Source: Candidatus Iainarchaeum sp. (GTDB lineage: Archaea > B1Sed10-29 > WALL01 > JAGHAM01). Taken from it: a stretch of DNA of 64,000 nucleotides. Where the stretch lies: positions 13,512 through 77,511 of the forward strand of contig JAGHAM010000036.1 of assembly GCA_021161465.1 (NCBI GenBank). The letters are read 5' to 3'. Positions within the stretch are counted from its first letter, which is position 1; each line of letters opens with the position of its first letter. This document shows positions 52,058 to 61,191 of this stretch, piece by piece. A program made the translations under genes and the position numbers. The notes under the pieces were generated by a model. It was not told the DNA's origin and ran no database searches. It saw only the letters and a list, made by a program, of their open reading frames with translations.

Positions 52058-52507
52058 GAACTCTTTTTTGATACCTGCCTTTATTTTATCAACGAATCTT
52101 TTAACGCCTTTCCAGTGTGAGCCTTCCCAGTACTGTTGGCCACACTCAGTGCATACCCAACCATAGTTGACAAACTTAGGTAGCTCTTCAGGCTTAGCAA
52201 TACGCAGCCTGCCGTTGCAGGTAGAACAATAAAGCGGAACTGGCTTTTCAGATATTGTTATCCCAAGCTTTCGTATCAGAAACTTTATTTGCTCGATAGG
52301 TGTTTCTGGAACCAGCAGCACGTCCCTGTGCCTTGCCAGCTCCTTATCACGTGTCAGCAATATCCTGACTTCAAGTCTTGCCCTTTCCAGTATTTTCTCG
52401 TCCGATTCTCTTGGAGATGCTAGCTCGGTGTCGTAGCCAAATATCCTTAGCCAGCGCGCAAGCTTTGCAAGCATGGCATCGCACAGGAATATCGGTTTTT
52501 CTTTCAT
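52034..52507 (-). CDS. Mut7-C RNase (PIN-like plus Zn ribbon) domain protein
   Basis: FLCDAMLAKLARWLRIFGYD, LLTRD, CSTCN, CTECGQQYWEGSH. Confidence 0.92.
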   Translation of the reverse strand: MKEKPIFLCDAMLAKLARWLRIFGYDTELASPRESDEKILERARLEVRILLTRDKELARHRDVLLVPETPIEQIKFLIRKLGITISEKPVPLYCSTCNGRLRIAKPEELPKFVNYGWVCTECGQQYWEGSHWKGVKRFVDKIKAGIKKEFLNPSNTL

Positions 52508-52560
52508 GGCAAACAATTATTATGATGGTTTCACAATAAATACGGGGGGCTTGATATTGG

Positions 52561-54909
52561 GTGATTAAGTCAGTAGTGCTTGAAAACTGGAAATCCCATG
52601 AGAAGACAGAGCTAGAGTTTACCAGTGGAACGAATGTCTTGATTGGGCAGATGGGTGCAGGAAAGACAAGTGTCATGGATGGCATAACCTTTGCATTGTT
52701 TGGCACCTTTCCAGCGCTTCAGGCCAGAAAACTGAAGCTTGACCAGTGCATAATGGACAAGCCAGAGAAGAAGCAAAAAGCAAAAGTCCAGCTGATTTTC
52801 TCTTTGAACGGAAGCAGCTACGAAATTATCCGGGAAGTTGAGAGAGGCAAGGGGACAACATTTTCTGAGTTCAAAAAGGATGGTACTGTAATAGAAAAGC
52901 CAAACTCTCAGCGTGTGACCGAAGCGATAATCCGTGAGATTCAGGTGGATTACGAACTTTTCTCTCGTGCCGTTTACTCGGAGCAGAACCAGATAGATTA
53001 CTTCCTGCAGATACCAGCTGGCCAGCGCAAGAGGAAGATAGATGAGTTGCTGAAACTGGACAGGCTTGAGAAGGCGAGGTCTGCACTCACCACAGTTGTG
53101 ACGCGATTGAAGACACAGGCAAAGGATAAGGCTAAGGCCATAGAAGATTTTGAGAGGGAAAACATTGCTGAGAAGATTAGGAGCCTCGAGGCTGAGATGA
53201 AGGAGATAGAAGAGAACAAGTCCAAGAACTCCTCAGAGCTTGAAGGCAAGCGCGAGTTGCTTGAGAAAATCTCCACAGAGCTGAAGAGCTTGGAGGAGAA
53301 GGAAAAACGCGTAAGGGATTTGGAGAACCAGCTTAGTTCCATAAAGGGGCAGCTAGGTGAGCTATCTGAGAAGATAGAATCCCTTAAGCACAGGCTTGGC
53401 GACAAGCTGGAGAAAGATTTAAAACATGAAAAAGAGGAGCTCGAAAGGAAGAGCAAAGAGATAACTCTTTCTCTGGAAAAGCTGAACGCCGAGGGATTGC
53501 AGAAGGAGCTTTCCGAGCTGAGCGCGCGTGTTGGCTCGCTTAAAACAACTGTTGAAGAGCTCTCTACCAAAGCTAAGGAGAAGGAAGAGGTTGAAAGAAA
53601 GCTAAGCTTACTGAAAAAAGAGGACTGGAAAAAGAAGCTTGATGATAAAAAAGAAGAACTAAAGCGCCTGGAGGAAAGTTTAACAGGGTTCAAGATTGTG
53701 ATTGAGAACGAGAACAAGCGCATAGGGGAGCTTGAAAAGGCTGGCGATAAATGCCCTGTTTGTGACTCACCAATTTCCAAAACAAAGAAAGAAGAGCTCA
53801 AGAAAAAGTCACTTAATGCTATTGAGTCGGCAAAATCTAGAATAAAAGAGCTGGAAGAGAGAATAAGCAAGATAAGTTTGGATGAGATTGAGGGCAAGAT
53901 TCATGAAACTGAAACACTCTCAAGAAGGCTTGAGGAGCTTGATGTTGCAGGGAAGCTAAAAAAAGCTAAGGAAGAGCTTTTCAAAGCTGAAGCCGAGCTT
54001 GAAAAGAAAAAAGCAGAGCAGGAGAAGGTAGCTGCGGACAGAAAGGAGCTTGAGAAGGAAAAGGAAGAAGTGTTTAAGCGCTTATCAGATGCTGAACGAG
54101 TTGTTGAGCTACAGGGTGAGTACACGGCCGCACGTGAACAAAAAACTAAAAAGTCTGAGGAGCTGTCAGGAATAGAAAAACAGATTGCAGAGATGAAGTT
54201 TGATGAGAACTTGTTGTCGCAAAGGAGGAAAGCTAAGGAAGAGCTGGGGATTGAGGTTAGCAAGCTAGAGGGGTTGGTTGCATCCTTAAAACAGTTGCTT
54301 GAGGAGAAAGGCAAGCGCTTGGATGAGATTAAACTGAAGGAGAAACAAATTGCCCAATGGAAGGAAGATGTGGGATTCCTGAGGAAACAGGCTGGTGCAA
54401 TGGAAGTTTTCAAGAAAGCCCTTGAGGCAACACAAGTCCAGCTTAGGGAAGAGACGCTTTCAGCGTTGAACGTGGGTATGGAAGATATATGGCCTAGGAT
54501 ATACCCATATGGGGACTACACTGGCTTGCGACTGGGCATAGAGGGTGGCGATTACATACTGCAATTGAAGAGGCGGGATGGGAATTGGATAGACGTTGAG
54601 GGCACAGCCAGTGGCGGTGAGCGCTCTGCTGCTTGCCTTGCTTTGAGAATTGCATTTTCCTTGGTGCTAACCCAGAATCTTTCGTGGCTTGTCCTTGATG
54701 AGCCAACCCATAACCTGGATAGTCAGGGTGTGGCAATGTTGTCAAAAGCATTAAGGGAACATCTCCCAGAGTTAGTAGAGCAGGTTTTTATAATAACTCA
54801 CGACGATGAGATGGAATCAGCTGTCAGCGGCGCGCTCTACAGACTTGAAAGGGATAAAGAGCAGGACGAGCCGTCCAGGGCCATACTTGTTAATATGGGA
54901 GCGAAATGA
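52561..54909 (+). CDS. rad50: Rad50-like SMC ATPase
   Basis: Walker A GQMGAGKTS, coiled coil with CPVC zinc hook, SGGE signature, LDEPT, ITHD. Confidence 0.88.
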   Translation: MIKSVVLENWKSHEKTELEFTSGTNVLIGQMGAGKTSVMDGITFALFGTFPALQARKLKLDQCIMDKPEKKQKAKVQLIFSLNGSSYEIIREVERGKGTTFSEFKKDGTVIEKPNSQRVTEAIIREIQVDYELFSRAVYSEQNQIDYFLQIPAGQRKRKIDELLKLDRLEKARSALTTVVTRLKTQAKDKAKAIEDFERENIAEKIRSLEAEMKEIEENKSKNSSELEGKRELLEKISTELKSLEEKEKRVRDLENQLSSIKGQLGELSEKIESLKHRLGDKLEKDLKHEKEELERKSKEITLSLEKLNAEGLQKELSELSARVGSLKTTVEELSTKAKEKEEVERKLSLLKKEDWKKKLDDKKEELKRLEESLTGFKIVIENENKRIGELEKAGDKCPVCDSPISKTKKEELKKKSLNAIESAKSRIKELEERISKISLDEIEGKIHETETLSRRLEELDVAGKLKKAKEELFKAEAELEKKKAEQEKVAADRKELEKEKEEVFKRLSDAERVVELQGEYTAAREQKTKKSEELSGIEKQIAEMKFDENLLSQRRKAKEELGIEVSKLEGLVASLKQLLEEKGKRLDEIKLKEKQIAQWKEDVGFLRKQAGAMEVFKKALEATQVQLREETLSALNVGMEDIWPRIYPYGDYTGLRLGIEGGDYILQLKRRDGNWIDVEGTASGGERSAACLALRIAFSLVLTQNLSWLVLDEPTHNLDSQGVAMLSKALREHLPELVEQVFIITHDDEMESAVSGALYRLERDKEQDEPSRAILVNMGAK

Positions 54910-54958
54910 CCACAATTTTTAAATAAGCAATACAATAAACACTAAAGAGGAGAGATTA

Positions 54959-55486
54959 ATGCACAGATTTAGTCTTGGTTCTTTATGGGAGGTAGTGACC
55001 ATCCCCTTCGTAGTGATGGTCATATGGAGCTTAGTTGTGTTTGTGATTGGAGTTATTGGCAGTGTGCCCGACTTAAGCATGGAGGCAGCAGGCTCTGGTT
55101 TGGTAGGCTTGATATTGGGGTTTATTAGCTCTTTGTTGCTTGTAATAATGTCTCTGATAGTCGGCTTTAATGCAGCTAGGAATAAGCTAACTGGATTAAA
55201 ATCTTACCTAATCTGTGGAGCTTTATTTGGTTTTCTAGCAAGCCTTTTTGCTGGGATATTAGATTTTATCCTAGCTGTGATTGGCTGGCTAAGTGGCCAG
55301 CCTGCAGCCAGCGGCCTTCAGGGCATCTCACTTAGAGTGATTCTTTCTTTAATCGGTATGCAGGTAAATCCTGTGTGGAATCTTGGTTTGGTACTGGGCA
55401 ATGCTATCTTACTTATGGCTGTGGGTGTATTAGGTGGGGCAATACTAGCAACAATAGCAGGAGCCCTAACTGAAAGGCTTTCCTGA
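54959..55486 (+). CDS. Hypothetical membrane protein
   Basis: Four to five Gly-rich TM helices. Confidence 0.7.
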   Translation: MHRFSLGSLWEVVTIPFVVMVIWSLVVFVIGVIGSVPDLSMEAAGSGLVGLILGFISSLLLVIMSLIVGFNAARNKLTGLKSYLICGALFGFLASLFAGILDFILAVIGWLSGQPAASGLQGISLRVILSLIGMQVNPVWNLGLVLGNAILLMAVGVLGGAILATIAGALTERLS

Positions 55487-55534
55487 TGTTAGTTTTAAAT
55501 AAACGAATGATTTAATACACAAAGGGGTGTCAGT

Positions 55535-55816
55535 ATGGAAATATACAAGGCAGATGTTGTCTCAATAACCAAGATGCTTGCTATTCTTGGGCTGGTCTTT
55601 GGTTTCCTGGTTGGCATATTAGTGTTTTTTCTTAACATTGTGACTGCAATCTCATCTGGTGCCGATTTGGTAAATTCCTTTGTCTGGGGAATCGTTCTCT
55701 GGATTGCTTATTTCTTTGGTACTACAATAGGTATGGCTTTAGTTGGGGCTATTGGAACCATCGTGTTCAACCTAGTGGCGGAGAAGATTGGCGGAATAAA
55801 TATAGAGCTAAGGTAG
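55535..55816 (+). CDS. DUF3566-like small membrane protein
   Basis: DVVSITK.., two TMs, FNLVAEKIGGINIEL C-terminal motif. Confidence 0.7.
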   Translation: MEIYKADVVSITKMLAILGLVFGFLVGILVFFLNIVTAISSGADLVNSFVWGIVLWIAYFFGTTIGMALVGAIGTIVFNLVAEKIGGINIELR

Positions 55817-56440
55817 TTAGTCCTCGATGAGTGGAACAAAGCTGCACGGGAAGTTAAGGTTGGTTTCTTTTAGCTCTTTGTTTCTCTCCACCAGCATAAG
55901 CTCTGCAGACAGTGGATTCCCAACAGGAATTACCATCCTCCCTTTTTCAGCTAGCTGCTCTTCAAGTTGCTTTGGGATTCTGCGCGCTGCACAGCTTACT
56001 ACTATCCTATCAAACGGCGCATACTCATGGAGGCCTTTTGAGCCATCACCCAGTAAGACCTTGACATTGGTATAACCCTTTAGATTGCTTTTAGCCGTTG
56101 CTGCAAGCTCTGGGATTCTCTCTGTGGTGTAAACTCGGCCCTTTTCACCAACTAGGGCTGACAATATTGCCGCCTGGTAGCCAGAGCCTGCCCCGACCTC
56201 AAGCACTTTATTGCCGGATTCTGGTTTAAGCGCTTGCGTCATAACAGCCACCATATGTGGTGCGGAGATAGTCTGGTTTCTGCCTATTGGAAGTGGCGCA
56301 TCGGCGTAAGCCCTATCATGAAATTCTTCTGGAACGAAGAGTTTTCTATCAACTGCTCTCATTGCAGCTTCAACTTGCTTATTTGATAGTAACCCTGTTT
56401 GGACTAAGTGGTCAATTAGTGCGTCATTTGAGTAAGGCAT
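55817..56440 (-). CDS. pcm: Protein-L-isoaspartate O-methyltransferase
   Basis: QTISAPHM, LEVGAGSGY, GDGSKG, APFDRI, FVPL. Confidence 0.95.
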   Translation of the reverse strand: MPYSNDALIDHLVQTGLLSNKQVEAAMRAVDRKLFVPEEFHDRAYADAPLPIGRNQTISAPHMVAVMTQALKPESGNKVLEVGAGSGYQAAILSALVGEKGRVYTTERIPELAATAKSNLKGYTNVKVLLGDGSKGLHEYAPFDRIVVSCAARRIPKQLEEQLAEKGRMVIPVGNPLSAELMLVERNKELKETNLNFPCSFVPLIED

Positions 56441-56554
56441 GATTATCAAAGGGATTGCCAACAATAAAACAGTAACTCCAAACATGTATGAAAAGTTTAT
56501 ATATATAAAAATATTATATACTAGTGGCGGTACGGTAGCCAGTGGGGGATACAG

Positions 56555-56938
56555 ATGCATGTTAGGATTCCATCAGACGTAAAAAAAGATTTAGAGCCAA
56601 TCAGAAAGGCAGTTGTACCTAAAATAATCCCCCTGTTTTGCTTGGCGCTCATAAACGAGAAGCCCAGATATGGCTATGACATCATCAAGGAAGCCGCGCG
56701 GGTCAAGGACGAGATGGTTGGTCTTCCAATGAAAAAGACATACACCAATGCAGCGGTCATATACCCAACATTGCACAAGCTTGAGAAGGATGGGCTCCTT
56801 GAGTCTAAGTGGGATGAAAGGAGAAAGGTTTACCACATAACCCGCAAAGGCAAGAGAAGGCTTGATATAAGTAGGGGAGTCTGGAAGGCATCGATTGATG
56901 CCCAAATGAAAATGTATAAAAAAATGTTTGAAAGGTGA
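56555..56938 (+). CDS. PadR family transcriptional regulator
   Basis: P.YGYDII, IYPTLHKLEKDGLL, RRKVYHITRKG. Confidence 0.92.
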   Translation: MHVRIPSDVKKDLEPIRKAVVPKIIPLFCLALINEKPRYGYDIIKEAARVKDEMVGLPMKKTYTNAAVIYPTLHKLEKDGLLESKWDERRKVYHITRKGKRRLDISRGVWKASIDAQMKMYKKMFER

Positions 56939-56943
56939 TTGAT

Positions 56944-58203
56944 ATGAAAAAAATTTTAAGTTTGGTTTTGCCACTATTGCTCCTTACAGGGCTGGTGTTA
57001 GCGGGTGGATATAAGTCTGCTTTACTTTCCCACCCTCTGGATGCGAACACCTACCCAACGGTTGTAAGACCAGGAGATACTGGAGTATACGTAGAAATAC
57101 CAATAACTAACTACTTTAGCTATAGCTATGAGAACATCTCAACCAGGCTAGAGGTCCAAACGCCATTTAAGGGTATAAAAACCCAAAATTTTATACGACG
57201 GATTGGGCCCGGTGAGAGGAAGAGCTTGTTTTACAAGATAGACATTGATTCTAATGCCAATCCAGGGGAATACCTGGTTAACCACTATATGAACTACAGC
57301 TATACAGAATACGATGATGATGGAGACCCACACACATACAATATCACCGTGAAGAAAGTTATAGCGATTACCGTTAGCTATTCGGAAGATATAGAAATAA
57401 CTTCTGTCGGGTTTGACCCAATTGAAATAAAACCCGGTGATGAAACACTACTCAAAGTTAGTGTCAAGAACACAGGAAGCATCCCGGTGAGGGACGTTGA
57501 GGTCTCCTACTCAGGATTTTCTGAAACCTCCACAACAGTTTCAACTGCGGGGGCAGTCTCAGAAACCAAAGTAAACTTTGTCCCGCTTGAGGCAACAAAG
57601 AAGACCATCAGTTCTATCGCGCCCAACGAAACAAAAACTATCACGTTTAAGATGCGCTCTGTCAAAGACACGGCAGTTAAGGCCTACCAGATGCCAGTGA
57701 CTGTTAGCTTCGATGGTGGCACTCTGACAGATAACGCGGTCATAAACGTGATTGGGAAACCAGACATGAGGTTAGCTGGTTTCCAGTCGGACAAAGAGAC
57801 AATAAAACAAGGCCAGTTGTTCTCATTGTCAGTGCAGTTAGAGAATGTAGGGACCGGGAGTGCAAAGTCAGTCAAGGCTGAAATTTTAAATGGGAATGCG
57901 ACAGCTAACCTAACAGGAATAACTACCTCCTACATAGGAACAATAGACCCAGATGATACAGGAACGGCAATATTTTCCCTTGAGGATACGAATCCAGGAA
58001 AGCACAGTGTTGAAGTTAAAGTATCATTTGAAGACGAATATGGCAACACTATGAGCAAGGACTATCAGGTGGAGTACATCATAACGAAAGTGCCACCAGA
58101 CTACAGCGCGGTGATAATAGCTGTGCTAATCGTTCTTGGGATAATATACTTTGTATACAGGAGATACAAGAGGAAAAAGGAACTTGAAGAGCTGGTGAAG
58201 TAA
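56944..58203 (+). CDS. COG1361-like S-layer/Ig-domain membrane-anchored protein
   Basis: Signal peptide; repeated V.N.G...A..V and I.PG motifs; C-terminal TM plus RRYKRKK; commonly precedes ABC exporters. Confidence 0.82.
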   Translation: MKKILSLVLPLLLLTGLVLAGGYKSALLSHPLDANTYPTVVRPGDTGVYVEIPITNYFSYSYENISTRLEVQTPFKGIKTQNFIRRIGPGERKSLFYKIDIDSNANPGEYLVNHYMNYSYTEYDDDGDPHTYNITVKKVIAITVSYSEDIEITSVGFDPIEIKPGDETLLKVSVKNTGSIPVRDVEVSYSGFSETSTTVSTAGAVSETKVNFVPLEATKKTISSIAPNETKTITFKMRSVKDTAVKAYQMPVTVSFDGGTLTDNAVINVIGKPDMRLAGFQSDKETIKQGQLFSLSVQLENVGTGSAKSVKAEILNGNATANLTGITTSYIGTIDPDDTGTAIFSLEDTNPGKHSVEVKVSFEDEYGNTMSKDYQVEYIITKVPPDYSAVIIAVLIVLGIIYFVYRRYKRKKELEELVK

Positions 58204-59343
58204 TTGCTCAAGATAGCCTATGAGAACCTTACAAGAAATAAGGCTCGTACAGCATTGTCAGTTATGGCACTGGTCATAGGCGTAGTTGCTATCATAACTA
58301 TGGTTTCAGTATCGGATGGCATACGCAATTCTATGGTAGAAGCAATTTCTGGTATGAATGGAATCATAGTATGGGAAAAGGATGCCCTTGACCTTCCTTT
58401 CTCATGTCTCCCAATGAGTTACGAGAAGAAGCTAGAGGCGATACCGGGTGTCAAGGTGGTTTTTCCAGAAGTTTATGGACTTGTGAACACTATAGAGGGT
58501 GAGAAACCAAAAGGGGGTTCTATGACGATGGGCATGGCCGTCCTCGCAGGGTTTGACCCGGTCAAGGAACAGCAGAGAGTAGGCAGTATCTATGGTGTTG
58601 AAGTTGAAAAAGGAAGAAACCTACAGCCTGGAGACAAATACGTTGCAGTCATTGGCCACCAACTAGCGGATGAGTACGATAAAAGAGTAGGCTCCATAAT
58701 GAAAGTTAATGGAAAGAGGTTCAAAGTTATAGGCATTCTTGAGGAAAGCCAATATGCGGGCTCAGCAGTTGTCGTACCAATAGACATTGCCAGGGAACTA
58801 GCTGGTTTAGATTCGGATACGGTTAATTCATTTACAGTGCAAACCTACAATCCATCTGACCAGGAGGGGGTGTCAAAAATTATAGAAGCCAGGCTCGATG
58901 ATGTTGATGCTATGAGCACACAAGCCATGCTTAAAGACCTGGAAGAGGTTATGGTGATTTTTGACTGGGCGTTTATCCTATTGTCATCGATATCTCTGTT
59001 GATAGCAGGGATTGGAATAATCAACACCATGCTGATGTCAGTCATGGATAGACAAAAAGAGATTGGCGTATTGAAGGCTGTAGGCTGGTCAAGTGAGGAT
59101 GTGCTGAAGCTGGTGCTTTACGAATCAGCTTTGATAGGAGTGTTTGGTGGTTTGCTAGGGTGCATAGCTGGGGGACTTGTTGTTATCGGAATAGAGAATG
59201 TTGTGGAGTTTGGCCTAACCCTTAGTTGGACTACAATTCTTGGAGCGTTTGCCTTTGCAGTTTTTGCTGGGCTAGTCGGAGGAGTCTACCCTGCATGGAA
59301 GATTAGCAGGATAGACCCAATACAAGCTATAAGAATGGAGTGA
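58204..59343 (+). CDS. ABC transporter permease (MacB/FtsX family)
   Basis: NLTRNKART.L, GIINTMLMSV..R.KEIGVLKAVGW, YPAWKISRIDPIQAIR. Confidence 0.93.
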   Translation: MLKIAYENLTRNKARTALSVMALVIGVVAIITMVSVSDGIRNSMVEAISGMNGIIVWEKDALDLPFSCLPMSYEKKLEAIPGVKVVFPEVYGLVNTIEGEKPKGGSMTMGMAVLAGFDPVKEQQRVGSIYGVEVEKGRNLQPGDKYVAVIGHQLADEYDKRVGSIMKVNGKRFKVIGILEESQYAGSAVVVPIDIARELAGLDSDTVNSFTVQTYNPSDQEGVSKIIEARLDDVDAMSTQAMLKDLEEVMVIFDWAFILLSSISLLIAGIGIINTMLMSVMDRQKEIGVLKAVGWSSEDVLKLVLYESALIGVFGGLLGCIAGGLVVIGIENVVEFGLTLSWTTILGAFAFAVFAGLVGGVYPAWKISRIDPIQAIRME

Positions 59344-59346
59344 AAC

Positions 59347-60486
59347 ATGATAAAATTAGCACTTGAGAACCTGATGAGAAGGAAGTCGAGGACCTTCCTA
59401 GCTATGCTTGGGCTTATCGTTGGAGTCATGACAATAATATCCCTAATTTCTATAACAGAGGGTGTCCGGCTTAAGGTTTCTGAAATTGTGTCTGAGGTCA
59501 AGGGCATCATGGTGGTAGAGGCAAATGTCAGTATGCCAATGCTTTCAAGACTTGATGCTTCTGATGACAATAAAATAAAAGGGATATCTGGGGTTAGTGT
59601 TGTCTGCCCAAGGGTTGTCGGCTCTGTAGTTTTGCTTAAGGAGGGTGAGGAAAGAAAGAGCACGGCTATGCCAACTACAATTTACGGCATATCTCCAGGT
59701 GTAGAAGCCCTAACGAAGAAAGGTCTGTTGCCCTTTGGCGGGCAGCTTGATAAGGGGCGAATGCTGACAAGTGCAGACAAATATTCTGTCATTATAGATG
59801 AGAAAACAGCTGATGACCAGAAAAAGACTGTTGGTTCCAAGATTGAAATAAGGGGCGAGAAGTATAAGGTGGTTGGCATATCACCTGCTATCGGCGGGCA
59901 GGGCAGAACAATAATCTTACCGATAGACCAGGCTAGGAGGATACTTGAAATCAGCAGTGATAAGGTCACAGGGTTTTTTGTTGAGGTTGTTGACCCATCG
60001 CAGGACAAACTCATAGCTAAAAAAATCGAGGCTAAGCTTGGGAACGCTGAAGCAAGAACCACGGAGGAGTTTGCTTCACAGGTTATGGGGATGCTGGCAA
60101 ATGTTAATTCCTTCCTCTGGGTAGTTTCAGCAATAGCAGTTATCATCAGTGCGCTTGGGATAATCAACACTGTGTTGATGTCAGTCAGGGAGAGGACAAA
60201 AGAGTTCGGCATTTTGAAGGCTGTAGGCTGGTCAAGTGGGGACGTGCTAAAGCTGGTAATAGTTGAGTCTTTTCTTATAGGGGTTGGAGGCGGGTTCTTC
60301 GGGATAATTCTTGGGATAGTCCTGGTTTCTATAGCAAGGCCGCTGCTTGGAATACCATTAGCGGTTACCCCTATACTAGCGGTTCAGGCAGCAGTGTTTG
60401 CAATGGTTGTAGGCGCGCTAGGTGGGATTTACCCAGCATGGGAGGCAAGCAAGCTCGACCCAATACAAGCTATATCAAAGGAGTGA
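59347..60486 (+). CDS. ABC transporter permease (MacB/FtsX family)
   Basis: NLMRRKSRT.L, GIINTVLMSVRERTKEFGILKAVGW, YPAWEASKLDPIQAI. Confidence 0.93.
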   Translation: MIKLALENLMRRKSRTFLAMLGLIVGVMTIISLISITEGVRLKVSEIVSEVKGIMVVEANVSMPMLSRLDASDDNKIKGISGVSVVCPRVVGSVVLLKEGEERKSTAMPTTIYGISPGVEALTKKGLLPFGGQLDKGRMLTSADKYSVIIDEKTADDQKKTVGSKIEIRGEKYKVVGISPAIGGQGRTIILPIDQARRILEISSDKVTGFFVEVVDPSQDKLIAKKIEAKLGNAEARTTEEFASQVMGMLANVNSFLWVVSAIAVIISALGIINTVLMSVRERTKEFGILKAVGWSSGDVLKLVIVESFLIGVGGGFFGIILGIVLVSIARPLLGIPLAVTPILAVQAAVFAMVVGALGGIYPAWEASKLDPIQAISKE

Positions 60487-60491
60487 CATGT

Positions 60492-61169
60492 ATGAAGACA
60501 CCATTACTTGAAGCGAGAGATGTGTACAGGGAGTATCTACTGGGCAAGACAGTAGTCAAAGCCCTAAGGGGAGTGGATGTCGTTATCCACAAAGGGGATT
60601 TTGTTTTCATAGTTGGACCATCCGGTTCTGGCAAATCAACGCTGATGCACATACTTGGAGCTCTGGACCACCCCACAAAAGGAAGTGTTCTGCTTGATGG
60701 AAAGAACCTTGCAAGGCTGTCTGACTGGCAGCTTTCTATGGTGAGGCGCAACCGTGTTGGGTTTGTTTTCCAAGGCTTCAATCTGGTTCATTCCTTAAAC
60801 GCCAAAGAGAATGTTATGCTGCCGTTGCAAACAAGCGATATAGACAAGGTCACGCTTGAGGCGAGGGCAATAAAGCTGCTTATGGAGGTTGGGCTCAAGC
60901 ATAGGATAAACCACAGGCCAAATGAACTCTCTGGTGGGGAGAGACAAAGGGTAGCAACAGCCAGAGCTTTGATAAATGAGCCAGAGATTATCCTAGCTGA
61001 TGAACCTACAGGAGAGCTGGACTCAAAGACTGGAGCCGAGATAATGGGTCTAATGAGGACTATCAACAAAGAGAAGGGCACAACCTTTGTGATAGTGACG
61101 CACGATACAGAATACATAACTGAGAAAGACAAAGTTTTTAGGATAAGGGATGGGAAGATAATAAGATAG
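60492..61169 (+). CDS. ABC transporter ATP-binding protein (LolD/MacB type)
   Basis: GPSGSGKST, LSGGERQR, ADEPTGELD, VTHD. Confidence 0.95.
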   Translation: MKTPLLEARDVYREYLLGKTVVKALRGVDVVIHKGDFVFIVGPSGSGKSTLMHILGALDHPTKGSVLLDGKNLARLSDWQLSMVRRNRVGFVFQGFNLVHSLNAKENVMLPLQTSDIDKVTLEARAIKLLMEVGLKHRINHRPNELSGGERQRVATARALINEPEIILADEPTGELDSKTGAEIMGLMRTINKEKGTTFVIVTHDTEYITEKDKVFRIRDGKIIR

Positions 61170-61191
61170 AGCATAATAGAATGGTGAGCGT

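Noticed and set aside
52998-54413. Long Ser/Phe/Leu-rich antisense ORFs (299 and 170 aa)
   Set aside because: Shadow frames of the Glu/Lys-rich Rad50 coiled coil.
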